Source: Candidatus Altimarinota bacterium
GTDB taxonomy: Bacteria; Patescibacteriota; Gracilibacteria; CAIRYL01; GCA-016699755
Direction of reading: 5' to 3'
Length of the DNA stretch: 64,000 bases
Assembly: GCA_963664295.1 (NCBI GenBank)
Contig: OY760935.1
Coordinates: 160,001-224,000 of the forward strand
The notes under the pieces are model-generated. The model searched no databases and was not told the origin of the DNA. It saw only the letters and a program-made list of their open reading frames with translations. Every line of letters begins with the position of its first letter. The stretch's first letter is position 1. Shown in pieces: positions 27,108 through 36,501 of the stretch. Made by a program: the position numbers and the translations under genes.

Positions 27108-27321
27108 GAATAAATTTAAATGCTTTGTTATTTTTGCACGAAGACATTAAAAATCCAAATCAATCTTAGTGCTAATTAAATTTATTTTTGCCTTTCGCAA
27201 TTCAAAAAGAAACTCACGACAACCTTTACTACCGTTGTTTCGAGGAGTCCACTTAGGTGGACAACGAAGTAATCTCTTTTTTTTATCCTGCCCTCTTTTT
27301 TCTTGCCATGTCCTCTTACTC

Positions 27322-27587
27322 TGTCATCCTGAGCCCCCTTACTTCGTCATCCTAAGTGAGCGTAGCGAAGCGAAGGATCTCCCGTAGCCATTACTGCTGA
27401 ATTACCTAAGGCAGTATTTGAGCGAATGGACAAGGAGATTGCGGTTCGTAGCCCGCAATGACAAGATAGATTTTGAGTAAATGGATAAGGAGATTCTTCG
27501 CTCCATTTCATTCCGCTCAGAATGACAGCAGGGGTGTGTTTTCCGCTCAGAATGACAAAAAAAGAGGCAGGCTTGCTCGGAATGACA
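27322..27587. repeat. Cluster of nested palindromic REP-like elements (locus 1)
   Basis: GTCATCCT(G/A)AG left ends (2 copies), CGAAGCGAAGGATCTC core, (CTCAG/CTCGG/CCGC)AATGACA right ends (4 copies). Confidence 0.85.
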
Positions 27588-27655
27588 GAAGAGGGAATAT
27601 TTAGGACAGGCTTTAAGTATTAGCACTTAAAAATATTAATTGTTTTTGGTTTTTT

Positions 27656-30600
27656 CTACTCACCCCAGCAGAGATCAAAATAAGGACACCTAGAATTATC
27701 GTCACCAATTTTTTCACAAATTTCAGATTTTTTATTCTCCTTTAGCTTGGAGAAGTCCAAATTTTGAATTTTTTCCCAAGTTCTAATAATTTCTTTTTTA
27801 TGTTGCTCAATTTCTTCTGCATTTGGCATAAATTTTCGCTCAACATAACCATTTTGTGGTTTCAAAAAATGTAATTCATAACTTTGAATATTATATTTTT
27901 TTGAAAAACTTTCCGAATTTTTAGCAAGTACGCCAAAAAATAAAAGTTGGCGATAATAATTGCCTTTTTTTAATTCATTTTTTTGTGTTGTGCCTTTGAT
28001 TTCACCTTCACTTTTTGGGGTACCGCTTTTGTAGTCAATAATTTTAACTGTTTTTGCTTGTGGGTCAATAAACTCAATTTTGTCTATTTTTCCAGTTAAA
28101 TGAGCTACGCCAACAAGCACATTATCTTTGCGAAAATTATATTCTGTGTCTGCTGGTTTACCAAAAGTACCCTTTTTTTCTGCAAAATAATCTTCTAAAA
28201 TTCTTTCACCCTCTTTTAAAGCCAATTCTTTATCATTTTTATCTGCCTTTTCTTTGTATATTGAGTTTTTTAAAGCTTGAATTGCTATTTCCACTTTTGG
28301 CTCTTTTTTTTGATTTATCATTTCTTGAAAATAAACCTCCAATCCTTTATGTACAGCGGTTCCAAGTAGCAAAAGATAAGGTTTTTTGCGAGGCAAAGCT
28401 AAAACATGTTCATAAAGACATTTTCTTGGGCAGACCTGATAATCTTCATAAACAGTATGAGAAAGTTTAAATTTTCCAGGACTTAACTTTTCTTTAATAA
28501 TTTCCAAACTTTCTTTGTGTAGATTTTTTTCCTGATATTCAAGTTTTATTTTTGCTTTTTTTTCAAAATTATCGCCCTTTTTTTCAATAATAATTTTTTC
28601 AATTAAATCAGGTGCATTTTCTTCCAATTCAGCAACAAATTTACTTTTATTTTTTTCTTTACCGTCAATATTTTGCTTAAAATAAGAAATAAACAGCATT
28701 TCTTCTGCCCTAGTCATAGCAACATAAAACAACCTGCGCTCTTCCTCTTCGCTATTACTATTTTCTTGAGATTTTAATTTGATTAGCAGGTTAATGCTTC
28801 TGTCATTTTTTTTGCCCCAATTATTTTGAATAGCAGAAGGAATAAAAACCACAGGATATTCCAGGCCTTTTGCTTTGTGTCCAGTAATTATTCTCACTGC
28901 TTCTTTTTCTGTATAAAATTCTCGTTTATTTAAAGAAATATCAAACTCTTCCCTTAATTTAAGAATATTAAGAAATTCTTTGATATCTAAGTCAGGGTCA
29001 TTAAAATACAATCTTTCTGCTTCCGACAAAATAGTACTGAGATTGTTTAAGTCCTGCACTTTTAATTTATCTTCTTTAATTAAATAATTTAATAACTCAC
29101 TTTCTGTGAAAATTTTTCGCAAAAAATCAGGAAAATTCATGTTATGTAAATCTTTTTGCCATTTTAATAAATTATTTGAGAATTTTTTGATCAAAAAATC
29201 ACTTTCTGTCTCAGATAAATGCTCAAAATAAGATTTTTTTTCTTTTTCTTTAAAAATTTTCCAAATTTCTTTTTCAGGTATTTTTAAGAAATTAAAATGA
29301 ACAACCTTAAAAAACAATTCATCACTCAAAGGCTCTTCAATAAGTTTAAGCAAGGTTAAAAACTGGCGAACAATACTTGAATCAAGCGCATTTGATTTGC
29401 TCTCAAAAACCGCAGGAATATTATTTTTTTCTAAATATTTAAGCCATTCTGATCCTTCAATATTTTTTCTAACAATAATTGCCATTTCAGAAAACTTTTT
29501 TCCTTCCATGTTTAATTTTTGGATCCAATTTGCTATTTCTGTTTTTTCTTCTTCCTCGTTTTCAAGCTCAAGAATTTTATTTTTAAAATTATTTTTTCCT
29601 TTATGTGAAGCAAGATTAGACCAAAACAAATCAAGATTTTCCTGATTTTGCATTCTTTCTGTGTTTTTTTGAATTAACGCTTGTCCGCCATTAACAACTT
29701 CTTCGCTTGATCGATAGTTTGTGCTTAATTGAAGCACATTTCCATCAGGAAAATATTCCTTAAATCGCAAAATATTTTCCATTGAAGCTCCCTGAAAGCG
29801 ATAAATAGATTGATCCGCATCACCAACAGCAAAAATATTAGGCTTTTCGTCTTCACTTATTGTTTTAATTATTTCTAATTGACTATTGTTTGTGTCCTGA
29901 AATTCATCAATAAGAATAAATTGATACTCCTCGCGCAAGTTATAAAGCAAATCTTCGTCTTTTTTTAATTGCTCCAACACAAATAAAATCATGTCATCAT
30001 AATCATACAAACCTTTTTGCTTAATTTCTTCTTCATATTTTTCATACAAAATCACAATATCCTCACACCTTTTAATCTTTTTTTCTTGTGATGAATATTT
30101 ACCCTTCATTTTGCCTGTTTTTGGGTTGTATTTTTCCTCATTAGGAATATTTTTAAATTCCTCAACTTCTGCTTCAATAAGTTTTTTATAATCCCTTGGG
30201 CTATATCCTTCTCTTTTTAAGGTGGATATAGCTGATCTTATTTGCTTAAGTGCTCCATTGAAATTCGTAAATGTTCTAAGTATTCCTAATTTTTCTCTTA
30301 AAAGAATGTTTTTTATGAGTTGCACATGCGCTAAATCATCAATTGCCTCTAGTTTATTAGTGTTAATAAATTTTTCTGGATATTGCTGAATAATATCATT
30401 TGCAAAGGCATGAAAAGTTTTAATATTCACATCATAAGCAACAGCGCCAATAATCTCTGCAAGCCTTTCCTGCATTTCTGCTGTTGCATTTTCTGTAAAA
30501 GTAAGTGCAAGAATATTTTTTGCAGGATAGTCAGTTTTATGAAGAATATTTGCAATACGCATGGTGAGCACCCTAGTTTTTCCTGCACCTGGTCCGGCAA

Positions 30601-30688
30601 TTAACAAAACAGGTCCGTAGATAGCATCTACGGCCTGTTTTTGTTCTTCCGAAAGTATTATTAGTTCTTGTTCAAAATCTTTTTTCAC
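27656..30688 (-). CDS. UvrD/PcrA-family SF1 helicase fused to a C-terminal PD-(D/E)XK nuclease
   Basis: AGPGAGKT, DEFQD, VGD.DQSIY.FQGA, NYRS, H.AKGLE, EERRLFYVAMTRA, GKIDK..IIDYKSG, C-terminal Cys cluster. Confidence 0.92.
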   Translation of the reverse strand: MKKDFEQELIILSEEQKQAVDAIYGPVLLIAGPGAGKTRVLTMRIANILHKTDYPAKNILALTFTENATAEMQERLAEIIGAVAYDVNIKTFHAFANDIIQQYPEKFINTNKLEAIDDLAHVQLIKNILLREKLGILRTFTNFNGALKQIRSAISTLKREGYSPRDYKKLIEAEVEEFKNIPNEEKYNPKTGKMKGKYSSQEKKIKRCEDIVILYEKYEEEIKQKGLYDYDDMILFVLEQLKKDEDLLYNLREEYQFILIDEFQDTNNSQLEIIKTISEDEKPNIFAVGDADQSIYRFQGASMENILRFKEYFPDGNVLQLSTNYRSSEEVVNGGQALIQKNTERMQNQENLDLFWSNLASHKGKNNFKNKILELENEEEEKTEIANWIQKLNMEGKKFSEMAIIVRKNIEGSEWLKYLEKNNIPAVFESKSNALDSSIVRQFLTLLKLIEEPLSDELFFKVVHFNFLKIPEKEIWKIFKEKEKKSYFEHLSETESDFLIKKFSNNLLKWQKDLHNMNFPDFLRKIFTESELLNYLIKEDKLKVQDLNNLSTILSEAERLYFNDPDLDIKEFLNILKLREEFDISLNKREFYTEKEAVRIITGHKAKGLEYPVVFIPSAIQNNWGKKNDRSINLLIKLKSQENSNSEEEERRLFYVAMTRAEEMLFISYFKQNIDGKEKNKSKFVAELEENAPDLIEKIIIEKKGDNFEKKAKIKLEYQEKNLHKESLEIIKEKLSPGKFKLSHTVYEDYQVCPRKCLYEHVLALPRKKPYLLLLGTAVHKGLEVYFQEMINQKKEPKVEIAIQALKNSIYKEKADKNDKELALKEGERILEDYFAEKKGTFGKPADTEYNFRKDNVLVGVAHLTGKIDKIEFIDPQAKTVKIIDYKSGTPKSEGEIKGTTQKNELKKGNYYRQLLFFGVLAKNSESFSKKYNIQSYELHFLKPQNGYVERKFMPNAEEIEQHKKEIIRTWEKIQNLDFSKLKENKKSEICEKIGDDNSRCPYFDLCWGE

Positions 30689-33600
30689 GCAAGCATTTTA
30701 CCAATAATTCTTTTTGTCGCATACTTAATTTTAGTGGCCATTTTAATACCTCCATTAGCAATGATTTGATCTAGATAATCTTGATCTTGTGCTTCTACAA
30801 TAGAAAGAGAATCAAGTAAGTCTAAATTAATAACCACTCCATTTTTATGTAAATAAATAAGTGCATCAACATAATCTGCATTCCCGCTTTTTTCTAGAGT
30901 TAAGCCAAATAAAAGTTCATCATAAACTTTAATTCCATTTTGTTGTAGCCTAATAAGCGCGTTAATATGATCTGTGCTTACTGCTTCTTCCAATGTTAAA
31001 CATCTAACAAAGCTACCATTAACCTTAACTCCATTTTGATGCAGTGCAATTAATGCATTTACATAAGTTTCACTCAAGGCTTTATTTTCAGGTAAGCTTG
31101 CTATAAAAATACTGTCAACATTAACTCCATTTTCTTGTAGCTGAAATAGTGTATTTATATAAGCTTCATTTGTTCCTTCTGATAAAGTTAAATTTTTTAT
31201 AATATAGCCACTAACTTGAATTCCATTTTCCTGTAATTCAATAAGAGTGCTTATGTAGTCTGAATTTAAACTTTTTTCAAGAGATAGATGCTTTATTAAA
31301 TCATCGTCAATCTGAATTCCATTCTCCTGTAATCCAGTAAGAGTGTTCATATATTCTGGATTTAAAACTTTTTCAAGAGATAGATAATACACTAAAGGGC
31401 GATCAATTTTAGCTCCATTTTCCTGTAATTCAATAAGAGCATCTACATATTCTGGACTTAAAACTTTTTCAAGGGTCAAAAATTCCATTATCATGTGGTC
31501 AATAGTAATTCCGTTTTGAAGCAATCTTACAAGAGCATCGGTGTAGTCACTATTTTCGACATCTCCCTTAAAGAGATAAATCATAAGACGTAAATTATTA
31601 AGATCCATTCCATTTTGCTGTAATTTAATTAAATTATTAACACAGGCTTCGCTTTCACCTTTTTCTAGGTCTAAAAATGATATAAAGCTTTCATTAATAT
31701 TAATTCCATTTTGCTGTAATTTAATTAGTCCGTTTACATATGCTTCGCTTGCGCCTTTTTCTAGTGTTAATTGACGCACAATGTCATCAAAGTCATCTTG
31801 AATACCGTTTTTGTGTAATTTAATTAAATTATTCACATAGACTTCATTTTCACCTTTTTTTAAATTCAAATCCGTCAACACATTATCTATACCATTTTCC
31901 ATAAGTTTTAGTAGATTTTTTGTGTAAACAGAGCTTTTAAACTCATTGCTCCCGTTAGCATAAAAATTTTCTGGGTTCGGTTCTCCTCCGGCATGTACCC
32001 AGAATATAAAGTTATCTCTGGCAACTGGGTCAACAAAAATGTCACTTCGAGGATCAAAGAATAGGTAGGCGCGAATATTATTTGCAATAAGTATTTTTAA
32101 GTTTTCAATTGCAGTGTTCATTGTTGTAATGTCAACACGATAGACCCTAAAGAACATTTCATTATTGAAATAAACCCCAAGTGATTCAAGTTCAACAAGT
32201 GCATCAACAATAGCATCGTTCATTGCTAATTCTTTGAAATCAGGGTTGGTGTAATATTCAATAAGATCTAATATTTGAATATTATTTTCGTGTAGTTTTA
32301 CAATGTTTCTCATGTATGACACATTTTGCAGAGCTTCGAGGCTAACACGTTCTACAATGTAATAAGGCACAACAACTCCTTCTGAGCTTAAAGTTGCAAG
32401 AGCGCTTTGGACAGCAGGGTTACTTAGGTCGTCTGTGTCAAGCAAGTAAAGCATAGCAGTACTCACATCAACTCCTGCATTTTGTAATTCTATAAGTGCA
32501 TTAACTTGAGCTTCACTATTATTATAATACATTTGTATGACCATTTGGTCATTGACATTACCTCCTGCATTTTGCAATGATTTAACAATGTTCATAAAGT
32601 CAGCATCTTTCACTGAGGCTATTATTCTATTGATTCCACGAAGACCACTATTTATGCAATAATTTGTAATCTCAACTCCTTGTTCATGAAGAAGGAAAAC
32701 AGCATCAATAAATTCGTTTGTAATATAATCCTTATTTCTTTCAACAATAGTTTTATCAAAATCTATTCCTTTTTCTAGAAAGCGTGAATAAATATTTTCA
32801 GCTTCTTCAGAAATCACTATTTCAGCTTCAGGATTTTGTGCAAAAAATATTTCGGTTTTTGCTGTGTCTAAAATAGTGTCGTCTTTTGAATATAAATCTA
32901 TTGTCACATAAAAGAATCCAGACCCAGACCCTATTGTTACAGGGAGCTGATTATTGCCATTATGAAGTTTTTTAAATAAGATTTGATCAACTTTGTCTCC
33001 ATTGTAAACATAACGATCTTTTGTTACTGATTTATTTCTATATACAGTGACAACTGCATACTTTGCGGATGGTAAATTTTCTGGATTATTAAGTGGCAAA
33101 TTAATGTGAAATTTTTCTCCTTCTGTGGCAATTTTTAAATTAGGGTTTTTATCACTAGTAGGCAAATCTGTTGTAAGCCGTTTAATTGTAATATAATCTT
33201 CTTTGTCGCCAACATGATCACAGTCTTCGTCGACTTGGATTTCTTTTTCACCAATTTCAAGTTGAGGGCTTAATGCATTGCCAGACTCATCAAAAGATTG
33301 AGCTGTGATACTAACTATTCCTGTAGCAGGGAAGAAAAGGTCATAATTACCACCTTCTGAGTAAGGTAGTTCCAATGTTTCAGTTCTCTCTCCATTACTT
33401 AGTGTGAATTTTATAGTTTGTCCAACATATTCTTCAGGAAGATTTAGTGTACATGTGAAGTTTCGGTAAAGACTAATTTGTTCATCAGAGACACCAGCAT
33501 TAAGTCCTTGTTTTCTATCATCAATTCCATTGCCATCTATATCTCCTCCGCTATTAAAACTGAAATCTTCAGAATCAAGATATTGACCATCTTGTGAATT

Positions 33601-34713
33601 AAAGAAATGAATAGTTCCATGTACTGGTCCTGTGCTGTCTACAGGTACTTCCACAGAATGATAAGCATGATTTTTGATCACAGTAGGATCTGTTTCTCTC
33701 CCTGTTGAGCTACCATCAGCATTTTTCCACTCAATATTCATTTCCACAAAATCAAGTTTTGTTTTGGAAAAAATACTGACATCAAAATTTACTGTTGCCA
33801 GCCCACCATTCACAATATCGGCAGTATCTACAGGATAAACTTTAACTCCATCGCGTATAGCTTCATTAATTTTGCCATCACCATCTGGGTCAAAATCAGG
33901 TTCGCCATCGCCATCAAGATCAGGTGCACCAAGCTTAAGGAAAACACCAGGCATAATTTCAACAGTTTGTGTTTCAGCTTCTGTGTTGATTGGAGCACAA
34001 GAGCCATCAAGGCAAACTTGATCAGGTGTTTCTGCATCGCCAGGCTCAAAAGTAATTTGCATATCAGAATCCAATCTTACATGTGTTATATCGCCGTCTG
34101 GATCTGTCACAGTAAAATCAATAAAATCAATATTTTCAAAAGTGATCTGATCTTCTTCATCTCTATCTTCATTGTATTGATCAATAATGTCTTGAATTGC
34201 AATTACGCCACCACCGTCACCATAAAACCAATGATTTAAAACAGTGCCATCTTTTAAAGTAATTGGTGTGTATCTGTCTATTGATGAGCCCGGACCTACT
34301 GTTAATTTGTCATTTTCAGATAGGGGACCAACAGCATTGCGCTCATCTGGATTGTCGTCATTATCAAGACCAAGTGTGCCAGCAATTTTTCTTGTATCAA
34401 TAGCTTTGCGAGCAATTTCACCAGCAGGATCAACAAAAAATAAACCTTTTGATGCAAGAAATTCAGCCATATTGCCATATTTATCTTGTAATATAGCTTG
34501 ATCGCCTTCGCTAGCCTGACTTAAAGGTGCTTTTGAAAGATTAGGAGCACCTGCTCCCTTTTGTGTTGGAAATTCAGCAGGTTCGCTGTCTTTACAGCCC
34601 GCATTTATAAGCATCATTGTACTTACACCAAGAATGCTAGCAGTTTTTAATGCTTGCTTTCCCATCTCTCTTTTTGTTTTAGGGGAATTGTTTGGTGTGT
34701 TTTTAGAATTCAT
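30685..34713 (-). CDS. 1342-aa lipoprotein with Ca-binding-type DxDxDG motifs, beta domains and a 32-aa helical repeat array
   Basis: Lipobox-like LINAGC; DLDGDG, DPDGDG, DIDGNG; repeats Y..ALI.LQ.NG..I-x-L.LEK. Confidence 0.8.
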   Translation of the reverse strand: MNSKNTPNNSPKTKREMGKQALKTASILGVSTMMLINAGCKDSEPAEFPTQKGAGAPNLSKAPLSQASEGDQAILQDKYGNMAEFLASKGLFFVDPAGEIARKAIDTRKIAGTLGLDNDDNPDERNAVGPLSENDKLTVGPGSSIDRYTPITLKDGTVLNHWFYGDGGGVIAIQDIIDQYNEDRDEEDQITFENIDFIDFTVTDPDGDITHVRLDSDMQITFEPGDAETPDQVCLDGSCAPINTEAETQTVEIMPGVFLKLGAPDLDGDGEPDFDPDGDGKINEAIRDGVKVYPVDTADIVNGGLATVNFDVSIFSKTKLDFVEMNIEWKNADGSSTGRETDPTVIKNHAYHSVEVPVDSTGPVHGTIHFFNSQDGQYLDSEDFSFNSGGDIDGNGIDDRKQGLNAGVSDEQISLYRNFTCTLNLPEEYVGQTIKFTLSNGERTETLELPYSEGGNYDLFFPATGIVSITAQSFDESGNALSPQLEIGEKEIQVDEDCDHVGDKEDYITIKRLTTDLPTSDKNPNLKIATEGEKFHINLPLNNPENLPSAKYAVVTVYRNKSVTKDRYVYNGDKVDQILFKKLHNGNNQLPVTIGSGSGFFYVTIDLYSKDDTILDTAKTEIFFAQNPEAEIVISEEAENIYSRFLEKGIDFDKTIVERNKDYITNEFIDAVFLLHEQGVEITNYCINSGLRGINRIIASVKDADFMNIVKSLQNAGGNVNDQMVIQMYYNNSEAQVNALIELQNAGVDVSTAMLYLLDTDDLSNPAVQSALATLSSEGVVVPYYIVERVSLEALQNVSYMRNIVKLHENNIQILDLIEYYTNPDFKELAMNDAIVDALVELESLGVYFNNEMFFRVYRVDITTMNTAIENLKILIANNIRAYLFFDPRSDIFVDPVARDNFIFWVHAGGEPNPENFYANGSNEFKSSVYTKNLLKLMENGIDNVLTDLNLKKGENEVYVNNLIKLHKNGIQDDFDDIVRQLTLEKGASEAYVNGLIKLQQNGININESFISFLDLEKGESEACVNNLIKLQQNGMDLNNLRLMIYLFKGDVENSDYTDALVRLLQNGITIDHMIMEFLTLEKVLSPEYVDALIELQENGAKIDRPLVYYLSLEKVLNPEYMNTLTGLQENGIQIDDDLIKHLSLEKSLNSDYISTLIELQENGIQVSGYIIKNLTLSEGTNEAYINTLFQLQENGVNVDSIFIASLPENKALSETYVNALIALHQNGVKVNGSFVRCLTLEEAVSTDHINALIRLQQNGIKVYDELLFGLTLEKSGNADYVDALIYLHKNGVVINLDLLDSLSIVEAQDQDYLDQIIANGGIKMATKIKYATKRIIGKMLA
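30750..31930 (-). repeat. Coding tandem repeat, about 12 units of 32-33 aa
   Basis: e.g. YVDALIELQENGAKIDRPLVYYLSLEKVLNPE / YMNTLTGLQENGIQIDDDLIKHLSLEKSLNSD. Confidence 0.85.
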
Positions 34714-34743
34714 TTTTAATGGTTTAAAAATTAAAAGTATAGC

Positions 34744-34772
34744 ATAATAAAATATAAACTTAATTTTGTCAA
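34744..34772 (-). promoter_or_regulatory. sigma70 promoter of the large repeat protein gene
   Basis: Minus strand TTGACA-17-TATTAT. Confidence 0.6.
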
Positions 34773-34876
34773 GACTTTTTCTTAAAAAAAGATTTTTTAG
34801 AGTAAAACAAGTATAAATTCCCTTGCAAAAAAGGTAAAGTTTATGCGAAACTTACATTCGCATTTTTTTATCTCTA

Positions 34877-35056
34877 ATGAAATCCGTAAAGAATTATTTT
34901 CAAGAAGCTATACACGAACTAAGGCAAGTGCAATGGCCTACAAAAAACCAAACAATAAGAATATCTGTAATTACAATTATTTTTGTGTTTGCGAGTGCTA
35001 TTCTTATTGGCTTGCTTGATTTACTTTTAGGTGATTTATTTTTCTTAATTCGATGA
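34877..35056 (+). CDS. secE: Preprotein translocase subunit SecE (absent from the ORF track)
   Basis: MKSVKNYFQEAIHELRQVQWPTKNQT followed by a TM helix and LD; ATGA overlap with nusG. Confidence 0.93.
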   Translation: MKSVKNYFQEAIHELRQVQWPTKNQTIRISVITIIFVFASAILIGLLDLLLGDLFFLIR

Positions 35057-35844
35057 ACGACGACAAACAAATTCAAAATGAACAGGAGCTTCAAGAACAA
35101 GAAGCACAAACTGAAGAAAATACTAGCTCAGAGCCAGTATTAGAAGAGCAAGCTGAAGAAAGCAATGAAACAAATGAAGAAATAAGTGAAAATGAGCCTA
35201 GTTCTGTGGAGATAGATGAGCAAGAAACAAAAGAAAAAGAGGAAGTAAGTCCTTCTTCTATTTTTCAGCAAGATGAAACAGGAGGAATGGAGCTAAAAAA
35301 AGGCAGACAAGATCCTTCCCAAGGTCGCAATTGGTATGCAATTCACACTTACTCTGGCTATGAAGATGCAGTAGAAAAAGCCCTAAGACAAAGAATAGAC
35401 AGCATGAACATGCAAGATAAAATATTTAATGTAGTAGTTCCAAAAGAAACAGAAATTATCCTCAGAAAAGGCAAGCCAGTTCAAAAGAAAAAATGTATTT
35501 TCCCAGGTTATGTCCTTGTGGAAATGGTTGTGACTGATGATTCTTGGTATGTTGTGCGTAATACTCCAAATGTCACTGGTTTTGTTGGCTCTGGCACTAT
35601 TCCAGTGCCTGTCACGCCAGAAGAATTTGGATTAGTAAAAGACCGCATGGGAACAGAAGAGCCAAAATTCAAAGCAGACTTCAAAAAAGGCGATATTGTC
35701 AAAATTATCGACGGACCATTTGCCACTTTCGAAGGTGTTGTTGATGTTGTTAATGAAGAAAAAGGTAAATTAAAAGTATTAGTGACTATTTTTGACAGAG
35801 AAACGCCTGTTGAACTTGCTTTTAATCAAGTTAAAAAGAAATAA
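35053..35844 (+). CDS. nusG: Transcription factor NusG with acidic N-terminal extension
   Basis: WYAIHTYSGYE, FPGYVLVEM, VRNTPNVTGFVG, KOW GPF..F.G, IFDRETPVEL. Confidence 0.95.
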   Translation: MNDDKQIQNEQELQEQEAQTEENTSSEPVLEEQAEESNETNEEISENEPSSVEIDEQETKEKEEVSPSSIFQQDETGGMELKKGRQDPSQGRNWYAIHTYSGYEDAVEKALRQRIDSMNMQDKIFNVVVPKETEIILRKGKPVQKKKCIFPGYVLVEMVVTDDSWYVVRNTPNVTGFVGSGTIPVPVTPEEFGLVKDRMGTEEPKFKADFKKGDIVKIIDGPFATFEGVVDVVNEEKGKLKVLVTIFDRETPVELAFNQVKKK

Positions 35845-35846
35845 TC

Positions 35847-36464
35847 ATGTCTAAAAAAGTTATTTTTTTAATTTTATTACTTGTCTGTGGAGTTTTTGCA
35901 ACTTTAGAGTTTCTTATTTCACCTCCGCAAACAAGCTCATTAAACAAAAATAACGAAAACATAGAACAAGAAGCAGGAAATAAGTCCATTCCGTATTTAA
36001 AAGGATTTAAAATTTCTGATTTTAGCACAGTTGAATTTGCAGATTTATCAATAGAAGAGCTGAAATTTGCAGACACTTTATTTAAAAGTGTTTCCCTTGC
36101 AACTTTAAATGAAGAATTTTCAGCCTCAAGTGCTCTGATTAAATCAGAAGGGGATACAGTAGTAAAAATTACTGAATTTCATGCTAAAAAAAATATAACC
36201 AGTGCAAAATTATTTGAAATGATTAAATCTCATCTTTATGAAAACATTCCTGAAGATGATAAAAACACAATAATAATTAACCAAACTGATTCATTTGGTG
36301 AACATTCTTTTTATTTTAATAACAAAAAAAATCATCCAGGAATGGTATTTTTAGTAGTAAAAGGTCACAACAAAGTCATGGCTTTTGAATACCAAGAAGA
36401 AGATCACGATAAAATTTCTTTGGCAATAAATAATATTTTTAAAAACGAGATTGACTTTTTATAA
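35847..36464 (+). CDS. Membrane-anchored hypothetical protein
   Basis: N-terminal TM/signal; 205 aa between nusG and rplK. Confidence 0.7.
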   Translation: MSKKVIFLILLLVCGVFATLEFLISPPQTSSLNKNNENIEQEAGNKSIPYLKGFKISDFSTVEFADLSIEELKFADTLFKSVSLATLNEEFSASSALIKSEGDTVVKITEFHAKKNITSAKLFEMIKSHLYENIPEDDKNTIIINQTDSFGEHSFYFNNKKNHPGMVFLVVKGHNKVMAFEYQEEDHDKISLAINNIFKNEIDFL

Positions 36465-36478
36465 TTGAAAGGTATAAT
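36451..36478 (+). promoter_or_regulatory. rplK promoter
   Basis: TTGACT-16-TATAAT. Confidence 0.6.
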
Positions 36479-36501
36479 TTTTTGGCTTTTGAATATAAAA
36501 T

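Noticed and set aside
27322-27587. Possible CRISPR array (repeated CTCAGAATGACA with short spacers)
   Set aside because: Only three short imperfect copies with irregular spacing, complementary to upstream left ends; no cas genes
27169-27626. ORFs 27169..27387 and 27402..27626 (likewise 52714..52959, 52817..53005, 39399..39623)
   Set aside because: Translations of the palindromic repeats (VILSE/CHSE peptides) or antisense to uvrC; no independent coding evidence
30750-31930. Calling the repeat array ankyrin or TALE-like
   Set aside because: No TPLH/GxTxLH motif and no fixed two-residue RVD; predicted extracytoplasmic; left unassigned
34714-34876. tRNA-Trp or rpmG expected upstream of secE
   Set aside because: No T-loop/cloverleaf and no L33-like ORF visible; the region is AT-rich promoter sequence
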